A DNA stretch of 64,000 nt. Source: an uncultured Methylomirabilota bacterium (lineage in GTDB: Bacteria; Methylomirabilota; Methylomirabilia; Methylomirabilales; 2-02-FULL-66-22). The translations under genes and the position numbers were made by a program. Position 1 is the stretch's first letter. Each line of letters opens with the position of its first letter. Below, in pieces: positions 1-9,973 of this stretch. The stretch lies in the NCBI GenBank assembly GCA_963845565.1, contig CAWJSJ010000004.1, forward strand, positions 47,905 through 111,904, read 5' to 3'. The notes below the pieces were generated by a model. That model did not search any database and was not told where the DNA came from. It worked only from the letters and a program-made list of their open reading frames with translations.

Positions 1-672
1 CATAGCCGGTTCGCTCCAGGCCGGCACTGTTGCCCGATGCACCGTGCGTACACCGCTGGTGGCGAGGCCCGGCCTCGCCATTAGTACCACCGGGGTCGTG
101 GGGCAAACAACCAAAGCGGCTGTGCCCCACTCGTGCAGGAGCCGGGCGGTGTTCTCGGACCCGTCGCCGCGTGCGCGGAAGTCTCGTGAGCGTTCCTCGG
201 ATTGGGGCGTGCCGGAACCACAAAAACCGGGACCTCCGGCAAGGAGCCGCGGCCATTGGCAATTGACACGTCAATGTTGACAAGGCAAGATCCGACCGAA
301 GTCGGCAACCCCTCCCTGCCGGCCGGGGGGGTCGGTATGTTTCGGACTTGGTTTTTCGGTCAGGGTCAAGGCGACCGCGCGCGCAAGGGTCCCGCGCGAA
401 CGATTCGGTCGTCGGCGTCCTCGGTGTTGCGTTTCTCCTCCTTCGCATTTCCCCGGATTCCCCGACGGACTCAATGTCCCTTGCCCCTGAACCTGCAGAT
501 GTTGTCGCGCGCCAACTGGCCGTGTCTCCGCAGGCGGATCCGGGGTCCTGGTTTGCGTGATCCGGGATCCGTGTGACTAGGCACTTTCCAACGAACACCG
601 TGACGACGCCCAACACGCCGGGCGGGGCGCGGGGAAGCTTGTCGGCGAACGAGTAGCGAGTGAGGGATCGTG

Positions 673-1182
673 ATGTGCGGCGGCACCGCAATACTCCTGC
701 GGATGATCGACGAGGCGTTCGACCGCAAATCGTGGCACGGCACCAACCTGCGAGGGGCAATACGGGGCCTGACCCTGTCGGAGGTAGGGTGGCGCCCCGA
801 GGCGCGCCGGCACAACATCTGGGAGATCGTCGTCCACGCTGCCTATTGGAAATACACCGTGCGTCGACGCCTCCTCGAGGAGAAGCGAGGGTCCTTTCCG
901 CTGAACGGATCAAATTGGTTTGAACGTCCCGTGATAGGCTCTGCCCTTGAGGCGTCGTGGAAATCCGATGTCGCCCTTCTGGTCGCGATGCACGGGGGGC
1001 TTCGCGAGGCCGTGGCACGACTCACGGAACGCGACCTCGCCAAGGTGCCGGCGGGCGGGACAGTCACGACGCTCTCCCTGTTGACGGGCATCGCCGCTCA
1101 CGACCTGTACCATGCTGGCCAAATCCAGCTCTTGAAACGGTTACAGGCCGACCGATCCGCCTCGCCAGTCGGTGTCGATTGA
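673..1182 (+). CDS. DinB family protein
   Basis: ORF 670..1182. Translation has DinB-type His-containing helices (HNIWEIVVH, HDLYHAGQI). GAGGGA sits 5 nt before ATG 673. Confidence 0.75.
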   Translation: MCGGTAILLRMIDEAFDRKSWHGTNLRGAIRGLTLSEVGWRPEARRHNIWEIVVHAAYWKYTVRRRLLEEKRGSFPLNGSNWFERPVIGSALEASWKSDVALLVAMHGGLREAVARLTERDLAKVPAGGTVTTLSLLTGIAAHDLYHAGQIQLLKRLQADRSASPVGVD

Positions 1183-2518
1183 CCGGTTCCACCGGCCCGC
1201 GCGCGCGGGGGCATCTCGTCGTGAGGTTGGCTACCCGCGCGGTCCCGTGAGGCCGACCGTGGTTGGCAGCCGTGTTCGCAGGGGTCGCCTCGTCACGCGC
1301 GCAACATGCGACCCGCCGTGAGCACAGTGAGCCGCGCTTCCCGGCAGCGCGCTCCTGCGGCATGGTAGTACGTCCGGCACGCGGGGCCCTGCGTCCCGAC
1401 CACGCCGTGGAGGATGGAATTGCACCCGGATGCGATGCTCGACGAAGTCGCCACTATGGAGCAGGGCTGGCCGATGCAGCCTCCGTCGCCGAGCGTCGTC
1501 AGGGTCCGTCTCGAACTGGCCGACGGCAAGATCTCCCGCCTTATGGCCGGCGCCACTGCGCTGATTGTCTCGTCTCTGCGGGTTGACGTCTGACCCTCCG
1601 TGCGGGCGGATGGCCTTCGATGTCGGCTGAACTCCAGCGTGTGTGTCTCGCAGGGATTTGCCATTCCACCGCGTAGGGCATCCATGGTCCTACTTGCTTC
1701 AATTCCGGAGCAGGAGGCGGGTGCAGCAAGAATGGCGCTACGTCGGCCGGGGCAAGACTCGTGACAGCACCGGGATGCGCTTGGCGAGGAAGTCGCCGTA
1801 ACGGCGAGCGGGAACGGCTGGTCAAGAGCATGGCTAGGACGATGAGGGTTCCACCCGGCACGAAAATTTCGATTGCCAACAGACGACCGACCATCTTGAC
1901 GATGCGCAGTGCTCGTTTCATCACTTCTGTTCCATCCTCGGGCTTTGCGTATGACGTGCCTGTGATGCGCTCGGGTCTTCTCGATCCTGAGGTCACGCTC
2001 GATCTCGCTCTGTTGGTCCTATGGCCTTGCAGACGGCGGGCCAAACCCTCCTCGAAAGTTGACGGGGGTTCGCGGCCTCCGAGGCGAGATTGCCGGTGCG
2101 CGATAACCGCTAGAAATCGTTGAGCTAATAAGGTGGAACGGGATGCGGGCGAGCGGCGCTGGGGGGGGAAGACTCCCGAAGGCACTTTCAGCGTCGCGCC
2201 GCCGCGGTGGCTCCAAAGAGATTCAAACGCATCCAAGGAGATCCATGGGCCGCCGCCTTTGCCGTTTGACTCGACCGAAGAGCCCGGGGCGCTCCGCGCG
2301 GCTTCGTTCGTCCCCGTTGAGGAGGGGAGCGTTCGTATCGTCAGCGCCGGGAGACAGTCGTTCTCGCGGGCAATTCAGGCATGGAGAGGGAGGAGGCGAT
2401 CGCTGTCACCGCACGGACCCCAACGGCTCGAGGGCACCGTCGAGGTCCTGCCGCCGAGGCAGCTCGGATATCGGGCTGATTGCTGCTAACACTTCCAAGC
2501 GCTGAGAAGGAGAGGAAA

Positions 2519-2932
2519 ATGCAGATCCAACCTTATCTGTTTTTCGACGGTCGCTGCGAGGAGGCGATCGAGTTCTACCGGAAGGCGCTCGGCGCCGAGG
2601 TGGAAATACTGATGCGCTTCAAGGACAGCCCGGAACCTCCGCCGCCCGGCGTGGTCCCACCCGGTTCCGAGAACAAGGTGATGCACGCGACCCTGCGCAT
2701 CGGTGCCGCCACGGTGATGGCGTCCGACGGATGCGCTTCGGGGTCGCCGAGCTTCAAGGGCTTCTCGTTGTCGCTCACCGTGCCCAGCGAAGCCGAGGCG
2801 GACCGACGGTTCGCGGCGTTGGCCGACGGTGGGACGGTGCAGATGCCCCTCGGCAAGACCTTCTGGTCGCCGCGGTTCGGCATGCTCACCGACCGGTTCG
2901 GCGTGGGGTGGATGGTCAACGTGGCAGGGTGA
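2519..2932 (+). CDS. VOC/glyoxalase superfamily protein (PhnB-like)
   Basis: MQIQPYLFFDGRCEEAIEFYRKALGA...FGVGWMVN is the typical PhnB/3-demethylubiquinone methyltransferase-like VOC signature. GAAGGAGAGG lies before ATG 2519. Confidence 0.8.
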   Translation: MQIQPYLFFDGRCEEAIEFYRKALGAEVEILMRFKDSPEPPPPGVVPPGSENKVMHATLRIGAATVMASDGCASGSPSFKGFSLSLTVPSEAEADRRFAALADGGTVQMPLGKTFWSPRFGMLTDRFGVGWMVNVAG

Positions 2933-2970
2933 CGGCCGTTTCCTCTTCCGTATCGTTGGGAGCGGGGAGG

Positions 2971-3150
2971 AGTCACCCGCTCATACAGGGGAAATCCAGG
3001 GACGATGCGCTCGAATGGACCAAGCGCTCTCCGAATCCCGCCGCCCATGGCAGGGAAGGCGAGATCGAAGTGCGCCAGCCGTTCGAGCTGGAAGACTTCG
3101 GTCCCAGCGCGGCCATCGAGCGCGTTCGCGAGATGGGGGGTTGGGACGAA
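2971..3150 (+). pseudogene. YciI-like (DGPF domain) protein, C-terminal fragment only
   Basis: In the frame of ORF 2731..3288, KSRDDALEWTKRSPNP...GEIEVRQPFELEDFG matches the C-terminal half of YciI-family proteins. No N-terminal half or credible start lies upstream. Confidence 0.45.
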
Positions 3151-3353
3151 GACGTAGTCGCGGTGCGTCGCGTTAACAAGGACAGCCGTGGCGCCTGTGG
3201 ATTTCAAGCGGCCCGAGCGCACGCCCGAGGAGATCGGTGGTGCGCTCGGGTCGTGCGCGCTCCCGGCCCCGATGGGCGCCGGGAATAGACGATCGTGCAT
3301 CCCGGCGGCGACGGGCTGGGAGAACGTGTGGACGCTTCTCGAGGAGGGAGAGA

Positions 3354-3734
3354 ATGGTGGGCACGACGAGCATCAGCGTGTGGGCAGGTCGGGCGGTCTC
3401 GGCTCTGGTGGCACTCGTGTTTGCGATCAGCGCACTGATGAAGCTGATGGGCGGGGCCGAAGTGAAGCAGGGGATGGGCCATCTGGGTTTGCCCGAGACG
3501 CTGATCATTCCGCTCGCGATCCTCGAGGTCTCGTGCGTCATGATCTATCTGTTTCCGGCCACGTCCGTCCTGGGTGCGATCCTCCTGACGGGATACATGG
3601 GTGGTGCGATCTGCACGCATTTGCGGGTCGGGGATCCGTTCGTCGTTCAAATCACGCTCGGCGTCTTGGCATGGCTCGGCCTCTATCTTCGCGAGAATCG
3701 CCTGAGGGGTCTCCTACCGCTGAGAACCCGTTAG
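3354..3734 (+). CDS. DoxX-like membrane protein
   Basis: Internal ATG 3354 of ORF 3237..3734 is preceded by GGAGGGAG. Four predicted TM helices and LTGYMGGAICTHL are typical of the DoxX_2 family. Confidence 0.7.
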   Translation: MVGTTSISVWAGRAVSALVALVFAISALMKLMGGAEVKQGMGHLGLPETLIIPLAILEVSCVMIYLFPATSVLGAILLTGYMGGAICTHLRVGDPFVVQITLGVLAWLGLYLRENRLRGLLPLRTR

Positions 3735-3781
3735 GTGCCCGCGATTCCAGGGCTGCTCTGGGCGCTCCGGAAAACCTGTCC

Positions 3782-4195
3782 TCAGTGCAGGAAGCGGTCG
3801 GCGTCCTCCGGCCTCGCCAGCCCGCACCGGTCCCGCCGTCCGAGCAGTCGGTGCCGATTTCGGGCGACCCAGGTGTACACGCCGTCGCGCAGTGGGCGCG
3901 GGACGACGGCCAGCCAGGCAGCCAGGCGCCAGGGAAACCCGAGGTGGGCGCAGATCTTCAGTACCGCGTCCGAGCGCGTGGCGAGGGTAGGACCGGCGAT
4001 AAGAGCGATGCTGCCGAGGGCGTCCGGGCGCACGCCGAATGGAGCCAGGAGGTGACGGGCGGCGTCGGATTGGCGCGGCGCGAACCGAAAGGCGCCTCGG
4101 GGGTCATGCCGGATGACGAAGGTGACCCAGGCGCAGCAGAAGCCGCACTCGCCGTCGAAGAGGATCACCGAGGGGTGAGGACGTGTGCCAGGCAT
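3782..4195 (-). CDS. thiol-disulfide oxidoreductase DCC family protein (DUF393)
   Basis: From MPGTRP within ORF 3782..4534. ILFDGECGFCCAWV is the DCC motif. The upstream part of the ORF is Arg/Pro-rich and non-protein-like. Confidence 0.8.
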   Translation of the reverse strand: MPGTRPHPSVILFDGECGFCCAWVTFVIRHDPRGAFRFAPRQSDAARHLLAPFGVRPDALGSIALIAGPTLATRSDAVLKICAHLGFPWRLAAWLAVVPRPLRDGVYTWVARNRHRLLGRRDRCGLARPEDADRFLH

Positions 4196-4401
4196 ATGCC
4201 TCCGGAGACTGCATGGCGGATCGCACCACAGGCGCGCTCGTCGGAGACCGTCCGTGCACCGGGAAGTCGCCGATTTCCGTTCCCTCGCTCGATTCGGGCG
4301 TGCATCTCGTGCCACCCGAAAGGGAACGCGAGACCAGCGGGTAGTGCGGTTCAGGGCAGGAGGGGGACAGCACTGCGCTGAACCATGGGCGGCGGTGCGC
4401 C

Positions 4402-4728
4402 TTAGCGCGGCGCGCCGACAGGGTACCCTGCGGCTCTCCAGGCCGCCACCCCTCCCTTGAGCGCCTTTGCGTTGGCAAACCCGCGCGTTTGGTACTGGGC
4501 TGCCAGCCCGGCAGCCGAGGCTTCGTTCGGTCACCCGCAGTAGAAGACCAGCTCCTTTCCCCTGGCCAGCGTGGCAACCCGGGCCTCCAAGGCGGCCAGC
4601 GGGATCGCGCCGGCCAGCCGGGCGTTGTTGAACTTGTCCTCATCGGCATAGGCGCAGACGAGAAGGGCAGTCTGGGCTTGAACCTTCCGCCGGGCGTCGT
4701 CCACACCGATCCGCTCGATCTCTGCCAT
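4402..4728 (-). CDS. rhodanese-like domain protein with in-frame TGA (candidate selenocysteine) in the active-site loop
   Basis: ORF 4531..4728 ends ...LVFYCG-TGA. The same frame continues PNEASAAGLAAQYQTRGFANAKALKGGVAAWRAAGYPV... to TAA 4402..4404. Only the fused product is a complete rhodanese domain. Confidence 0.65.
4498..4516 (-). promoter_or_regulatory. candidate bacterial SECIS hairpin
   Basis: 14 nt after UGA the mRNA can form GGCUGCC-GGGCU-GGCAGCC, a 7-bp stem with a G-rich 5-nt loop. Confidence 0.5.
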
Positions 4729-4782
4729 GGTCTCCTCCTTTCTTAAGGATCGTAAACCACAAGGCGAAGTTCGCCGCGTCCT

Positions 4783-5802
4783 TCAGCCGCCCCGGGTGTG
4801 CATCTCGAGATGCGAGTCGATCTTCAGCGCGCCGACCGGAATGAACGGCGTCCGGCGATCCGCGGTGAGGCGGAGCTCGGCGCCCCGATCGGTGCGCGCC
4901 TGCCAGACCGACTCCAGCAGCGCGTGGAGTTCCTCGTCTGACGCGCCCCGGCGCAGCGGGCTCCGCAGATCGGTGCCCTGGGTGGCGTAGAGGCAGAGCA
5001 GCCAGACGCCGTCGGCGGTCAGTCGGCTCCGATCGCAGCTCCGGCAGAACGGCGCCGTCGTCGATGAGATGATGCCGAAGATGGTGCCGTCCGCCAGTCG
5101 GAAGCGATCGGCCGGGGCGGAGGTCTCCTCCACGATCGGCGCGATCGGCCCGTAATGCGTTTGCACCCGCTGCAGCATCTCCTGCCGCGTGACGACCGCC
5201 TCCATCGACCAGTGCGTCGCACCGCCGACATCCATGTATTCGATGAAGCGAATCTCAGCGCGCCGGCTCTTCGCGAATTCGAGCAGCTCGATCAGTTCGT
5301 CCTCGTTGATCCCGCGGATCACCACGGTGTCGAGTTTCAGGCTGGCGAACGGGGTTGCGGCGGCGGCGTCGATCCCGCGGAGCACGGCCGCATGCTGGGC
5401 GAATCGCGTGAGCGCCTCGAACCGCGCCGGCCGCAGGGTATCGAGGCTCACCGTGATGCGATGGAGCCCCGCCGCGCGCAGCCGGGCGGCCTGTCCGGCC
5501 AAGAGCACGCCGTTCGTCGTCATCGCGAGGTCGCGAATGCGGGGATTCTGCGCGAGTCGTTCGACGAGGTCTGGCAGGTCTGGGCGCAGGAGCGGCTCGC
5601 CCCCCGTCAGGCGCACCCGATCGACCCCGACGTGGGTGAAGGCGCGCGCGAGCCGGTCCAGTTCGTCGACCCGCAGGATGTCCGGGTGCGGCAGCCAGGT
5701 GTAGTGTGCCTCGGGCATACAGTATTGGCACCGCAGATTGCAGCGGTCGGTGACGGAGAGCCGCAGGCTCCGGGCCGGACGTTTGAGGCTGTCGAGTACC
5801 AT
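4783..5802 (-). CDS. moaA: GTP 3',8-cyclase (molybdenum cofactor biosynthesis protein A)
   Basis: Radical-SAM motif CNLRCQYC, TTNG, and C-terminal CRSCDRSRLTADG cluster. Full-length at 339 aa. Confidence 0.95.
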   Translation of the reverse strand: MVLDSLKRPARSLRLSVTDRCNLRCQYCMPEAHYTWLPHPDILRVDELDRLARAFTHVGVDRVRLTGGEPLLRPDLPDLVERLAQNPRIRDLAMTTNGVLLAGQAARLRAAGLHRITVSLDTLRPARFEALTRFAQHAAVLRGIDAAAATPFASLKLDTVVIRGINEDELIELLEFAKSRRAEIRFIEYMDVGGATHWSMEAVVTRQEMLQRVQTHYGPIAPIVEETSAPADRFRLADGTIFGIISSTTAPFCRSCDRSRLTADGVWLLCLYATQGTDLRSPLRRGASDEELHALLESVWQARTDRGAELRLTADRRTPFIPVGALKIDSHLEMHTRGG

Positions 5803-5983
5803 GGTCTCCAGTGTCCCACCGTGACAGACGAAGAGAGTCTACAGCCTTAACGGGGTACTGTAACCCCCCACGACGCGCTGGCGCGGGCCATGCATATTTG
5901 CGGGACGTATGGCGGCACTCCGTTGGCAATCAGTCATCCGGGACGTGGCGTCTTTGTTATCGTTATGTTACCATCCCCCCACT

Positions 5984-6176
5984 ATGCCCCGCAGCCCGCG
6001 CCTGGATGCCCCGGAGACCCTGCCCGACGACTTCCGTCGACGGTTGGGGGAAGGTGGTGATCGCCACGGGGGTTACCGTGAATGCCTGGGCGCTGGCACC
6101 GAGTCGCCTCCACCTCGTGGTCCGCACCGGCGCGACCCCGCTGGCGCAGGCCATGCGCGCGCTCCTGACCGGCTAG
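5984..6176 (+). pseudogene. IS200/RayT-like Y1 (tyrosine) transposase remnant, frameshifted and truncated
   Basis: MPRSPRLDAP... in one frame and ...VIATGVTVNAWALAPSRLHLVVRTGATPLAQAMRALLTG in another. Both resemble the N-terminal third of REP-associated/IS200-like transposases. The remainder is missing. Confidence 0.5.
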
Positions 6177-6218
6177 GAAAGACAACCACACATCCTCTTG
6201 CGAAGGGAGCCGACTATC

Positions 6219-7115
6219 ATGAGCACGACGATACCCGACGCACTGAAGGCGGACATGCCGCAGACGACGTGGGGCAGAATCCTCCTCGCCACGCCCGTGG
6301 TGATGACAGTCGTCGCGACGCTGCTGGCGGGGCTGGCGTCCAGTGAGATGACCCGCGCGCAATACTACCGGTCGCTCGCGGCCCAGCAGCAGTCAAAGGC
6401 GGGCGACCAGTGGAGCTTCTTTCAGGCCAAGCGACTCCGCGGCACCATGCAACTCACCACGCTGGACCTGCTGAAGTCCACGGTGTCCGTGCGCCCGCTC
6501 GATGACGCTCGGCTCAAGCGCTTCGGCGAGCTGGACGCCCCCGTCTCGGCGGCCCTCCTGAAGGGAGAATTGCCCCCGGCCCCGGCCTCCACCGCGTCCG
6601 ATGGACCCCTCAAGAGCGCGCTCGAAGGGATCGAACGCATGAAGCCGGAACCCGAAATCCGGTCATTGCTTGAATCGGTGAAAACCGCGACGGTGGATGA
6701 TGCGATCCAGGCCGCTCGGGATCGAGCCGCCGCATTCGACGTCGCCACGGCCCCGATCAGTCGAAGCGTGGATCGCCTTGAGAAGGCCATTGCAGCCGCC
6801 GGACCGACAGAGGCGGTTCGTGACGTCACGGCGGCGCGACTGCGGGTCACCGCCGCTCGCTACGAGATCGAGGCCCGCCTGAACCAGGCCATCGCCAACC
6901 TCTACGAACTCCAGGTCCGCATGAGCAACATGGCGGCGGAACGTCATCACCGGCGCAGCGAACGATTCTTCTTGGGCATGCTGGCGGCACAGGCCGCGGT
7001 CATCACGGCCACCTTCGCCCTGGCCGCCAGACAACGGAATATCCTGTGGGGTCTGGCGGCCGGGGCAGGCGTGTTGGCGATCGCCTTCGCCGTTTATGTG
7101 TATCTGTGGCTGTAA
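6219..7115 (+). CDS. DUF4337-like membrane protein
   Basis: ATG 6219 follows AAGGGAG. There is an N-terminal TM helix, then SKAGDQWSFFQAKRLR (DUF4337-like motif), a long helical region and a C-terminal TM pair. Confidence 0.6.
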   Translation: MSTTIPDALKADMPQTTWGRILLATPVVMTVVATLLAGLASSEMTRAQYYRSLAAQQQSKAGDQWSFFQAKRLRGTMQLTTLDLLKSTVSVRPLDDARLKRFGELDAPVSAALLKGELPPAPASTASDGPLKSALEGIERMKPEPEIRSLLESVKTATVDDAIQAARDRAAAFDVATAPISRSVDRLEKAIAAAGPTEAVRDVTAARLRVTAARYEIEARLNQAIANLYELQVRMSNMAAERHHRRSERFFLGMLAAQAAVITATFALAARQRNILWGLAAGAGVLAIAFAVYVYLWL

Positions 7116-7147
7116 GTGAGTCAGAGTGGACGGTGGTTCAAAGAGCC

Positions 7148-7675
7148 TCACTCCGGCGGTGGGCCGAGCTTGCAGCTCAGCATCCACTCGATGATGCTGG
7201 CGATGTTCTCGGGACGGGAGGGCTTACTCATGGTGAAAGTCGCGCCGGCTTCACGCCCCCAGAGGTCCAGCATGCGCTCTTCCAGCGCGGTCAGGAGGAG
7301 GATCGGCGTGTCCTTCAACCCGGCGTCGGCCCGCAATCGCCGACAGATTTCGTATCCGTCCATGTTCGGCATCAGCACGTCGAGAATGATCAGGTCGGGC
7401 TCCCCTTGCTTGGCCGTCTCGATGCCCGAGGCACCGTCGGCGGCGGTGAGGACCCGGTAGCCGAGCTGTTCGAGCGCCTCCTTGCCGAAGGTGAGGAGCA
7501 GTCGGTCGTCGTCGATCCAGAGGATGCGCACCTGCCGGGGCCCACTGGCGGCCTCTGGTCCCAGCCAGCGGGGATGGCGACAGCTCTGGCACCACACCAC
7601 ACGGGGGTGCTCGTCTTGCGTCTCCTCCACCGGTTGGGCTGCTTGGCAGTTGGGACAGACAATGGTCCGACTCAT
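7148..7675 (-). CDS. response regulator (REC domain) with N-terminal four-Cys zinc-ribbon
   Basis: MSRTIVCPNCQ...WCQSCRH is followed by RILWIDDD...DLIILDVLMPNMDGYE...PILLLTA (REC signature). No output domain is present. Confidence 0.8.
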   Translation of the reverse strand: MSRTIVCPNCQAAQPVEETQDEHPRVVWCQSCRHPRWLGPEAASGPRQVRILWIDDDRLLLTFGKEALEQLGYRVLTAADGASGIETAKQGEPDLIILDVLMPNMDGYEICRRLRADAGLKDTPILLLTALEERMLDLWGREAGATFTMSKPSRPENIASIIEWMLSCKLGPPPE

Positions 7676-7944
7676 CGCCGGGTTCTCCTCTCTTCCTGCG
7701 TCAGATCCTGCCACCGCATGGTTCGCATCATACCTCCCGGCCACCCGCTGATCCTTGTCTGCGCGCCCGTTCGTCTCCGCCCAGACCGCTGGAGGCCAGA
7801 GGACAACCACGCGACGCCAGGACAGCCTACCACACGCGGGCCATCCGACGCACGCTCAGAGCGCGGGAGTGGAAAAGAGAGATGGTGGACCAGGACTGGG
7901 ACGAGGGTCGGCGTACGCGGAGGTAGAGGAGGGGCGGGAGTCGA

Positions 7945-8436
7945 ATGGAGGATCGGCGGGATGGGGCCCCGGTGACGACACGCCGCATTGGCGTGATCTC
8001 TGATACGCATGGCCTTCTGCGCCCCGAAGCAATCGCAGCGCTCCAGGGTGTGGAGCGGATCATCCATGCGGGGGACATCGACACGCCCAACGTCCTTCAG
8101 GCCCTCCGGACCCTGGCCCCGGTCACTGCCGTCCGCGGGAACGTGGATCGGGGGCCCTGGGCGAGCGAGCTCCCCACCACGGCCGCCCTGACGGTCGAAC
8201 AGGTGAGCATCTACGTGCTCCACAGTCTGGATGACCTCGACCTCGTGCCCGAGGCGGCGGGCGTTCGCGTCGTGGTGAGCGGGCACTCCCACCGCCCCGA
8301 GATCCAGGAACGGAATGGCGTGCTCTACGTGAATCCAGGGAGCGCCGGCCCGCGGCGGTTCCGGGCGCCCGTCAGCGTCGCCCTGATGGACGTGCAAGGC
8401 ACGCGCGTCGAGGTGCGGGTGGTGCCGCTGGGGTAG
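7945..8436 (+). CDS. metallophosphoesterase, YfcE/MJ0936 family
   Basis: Motifs IGVISDTHG, HAGD, GNVD, SGHSH and VNPGS. Confidence 0.85.
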   Translation: MEDRRDGAPVTTRRIGVISDTHGLLRPEAIAALQGVERIIHAGDIDTPNVLQALRTLAPVTAVRGNVDRGPWASELPTTAALTVEQVSIYVLHSLDDLDLVPEAAGVRVVVSGHSHRPEIQERNGVLYVNPGSAGPRRFRAPVSVALMDVQGTRVEVRVVPLG

Positions 8437-8713
8437 GCGACGTTGCCACGTACGATAGCGTGTGTCGGCCTCGACTCCCCACGATCGGCCGGCGCTCCTC
8501 CTTCCCCGAAGGGAGATCGTCGCCGATGGTCGCCTCGGCGGTGTTGCCCTGCATACACGTTGCGCGGCGAGCGGAGGGTGTGGTAAGAACAGGCGGGCAA
8601 TCGTCGGCCCGTCGGAACCGGAGACCCCTGATTCGATGACGTCGAGGGAACCGTAAATCACCACGACGCCGATCCTGGCCGCAGGAGCGGCGTTTTCACT
8701 TCCTGGAACCGGC

Positions 8714-9973
8714 ATGGCAGATAGAATCCGGCAGATCTTCTGGGGATGGTATGTGGTGCTGGGGGCCTTCCTGGCGCTGTGCCTCTCCTACGGCGTCCGA
8801 TACTCCTTCGGGGTGTTCGTCCACCCGATGTTCACAGAATTCGGATGGCCCATGTCCGTCATTTCCATCTCGGCGTCCGTCAACATCCTGACCTATTCTA
8901 TTACCGGCATATTCTGCGGCCGACTCGCGGACCGCATTGCGCCCAAGTGGATGATGACCGCTGGATCCATTCTGACCGCCATCGGGTTCTACTTTCTGAT
9001 CCATGCCGAGACGCCGGCCGGCCTGTATCTGTCATACGGCATCCTGTGCGGCGTCGGCCATGCATGTCTGGGGATGGTTGTCTGCGCCGCGGCGATCGGC
9101 AAATGGTTTATCAGGAAACGAGGGGTTGCGCTGGGACTGGCCTCCATGGGCATCGGGGTCGGCACCATGGTCATGGGCCCGGCCGCAGGGTATCTCGTCA
9201 GCGCCTACGACTGGCGGACCGGATTCGTGTTCTTCGGGGCCGTGGTTCTGGTCCTCGGGATCCCCATCTCCCAGGTGCTCATGGGGAAGACGACTCCCGA
9301 GGCGAGCGGTCTCTGTCCGGACGGCGAACCGGCTGTGCGAGAGACGCCGCGCCCCGCCGCGGTCCCTGAGAGTCGAGCGCGCGTCTCTCTGTGGCCGGTC
9401 CTGACCGACTGCCGGTTCTGGCTGCTCGCGGTATGCAACAGCCTGGCGACGGCCACCTTGATGATGACCTTCGTGCATCAGGTCGCCTATGCCGTCGGCA
9501 ACCAGATCGGGAAATTCGAGGCGGCTGCGGCCCTGGGCATCGTCGGGTTTACCAGCAGTGCGGGCAAGTTCTTCTTCGGCTGGCTGTGCGATCGGGTTGC
9601 CGATGCCAAGTACGTGGCCGCCCTGGGGTTCTTCCTCATGGCCATCGGCATGGGGGTGCTGATCCGCGCGGACACCGCGGTGGTTCTGTATCTGTTTGCC
9701 GTGATCTTCGGAATCGGCTACGGCTCCATGGCCCCGTTGATGCCGTACTTGACGGCGGACCGATTCGGACGGCAGGTGCTGGGCTCGGCCTACGGGATGC
9801 TGATCTTTTTCGTGGCGGGCTTTGGTGGGAGCATCGGACCCGTCATTGGCGGATTGATCTATGACCGGACCGGTTCCTACGTGAATGCCTGGCTGCTCAA
9901 CCTGATCCTGTTGATGGCCATCTCTCTCCTGATCCTGACCCTGAAGCCGGCAAAGGTGAAAGACCTGGACTGA
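8714..9973 (+). CDS. MFS transporter (oxalate/formate antiporter-like)
   Basis: 419 aa with about 12 TM helices and a GRLADRIAPKW loop motif. Confidence 0.85.
   Translation: MADRIRQIFWGWYVVLGAFLALCLSYGVRYSFGVFVHPMFTEFGWPMSVISISASVNILTYSITGIFCGRLADRIAPKWMMTAGSILTAIGFYFLIHAETPAGLYLSYGILCGVGHACLGMVVCAAAIGKWFIRKRGVALGLASMGIGVGTMVMGPAAGYLVSAYDWRTGFVFFGAVVLVLGIPISQVLMGKTTPEASGLCPDGEPAVRETPRPAAVPESRARVSLWPVLTDCRFWLLAVCNSLATATLMMTFVHQVAYAVGNQIGKFEAAAALGIVGFTSSAGKFFFGWLCDRVADAKYVAALGFFLMAIGMGVLIRADTAVVLYLFAVIFGIGYGSMAPLMPYLTADRFGRQVLGSAYGMLIFFVAGFGGSIGPVIGGLIYDRTGSYVNAWLLNLILLMAISLLILTLKPAKVKDLD

Noticed and set aside
263-282. Two TTGACA hexamers and a TTGAC/GTCAA inverted repeat near the left edge
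   Set aside because: No credible downstream gene or -10 element could be assigned. It could be a chance occurrence or belong to a gene outside the window.
1414-1593. 59-codon plus-strand ORF (MELHPDAMLDEV...ALIVSSLRVDV) in the otherwise unannotated 1.2-2.5 kb region, and a possible small TM protein starting at 1920 on the minus strand (MKRALRIVKMVGRLLAIEIFVPGG...)
   Set aside because: No family resemblance. The ribosome-binding sites are poorly spaced or absent. Overlapping alternative ORFs are equally plausible. Neither ORF is supportable from sequence alone.
5803-5983. Possible Moco riboswitch upstream of moaA
   Set aside because: I could not find the conserved Moco-motif elements, as I remember them, in the 180-nt leader. 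An Infernal scan would be needed to be sure.
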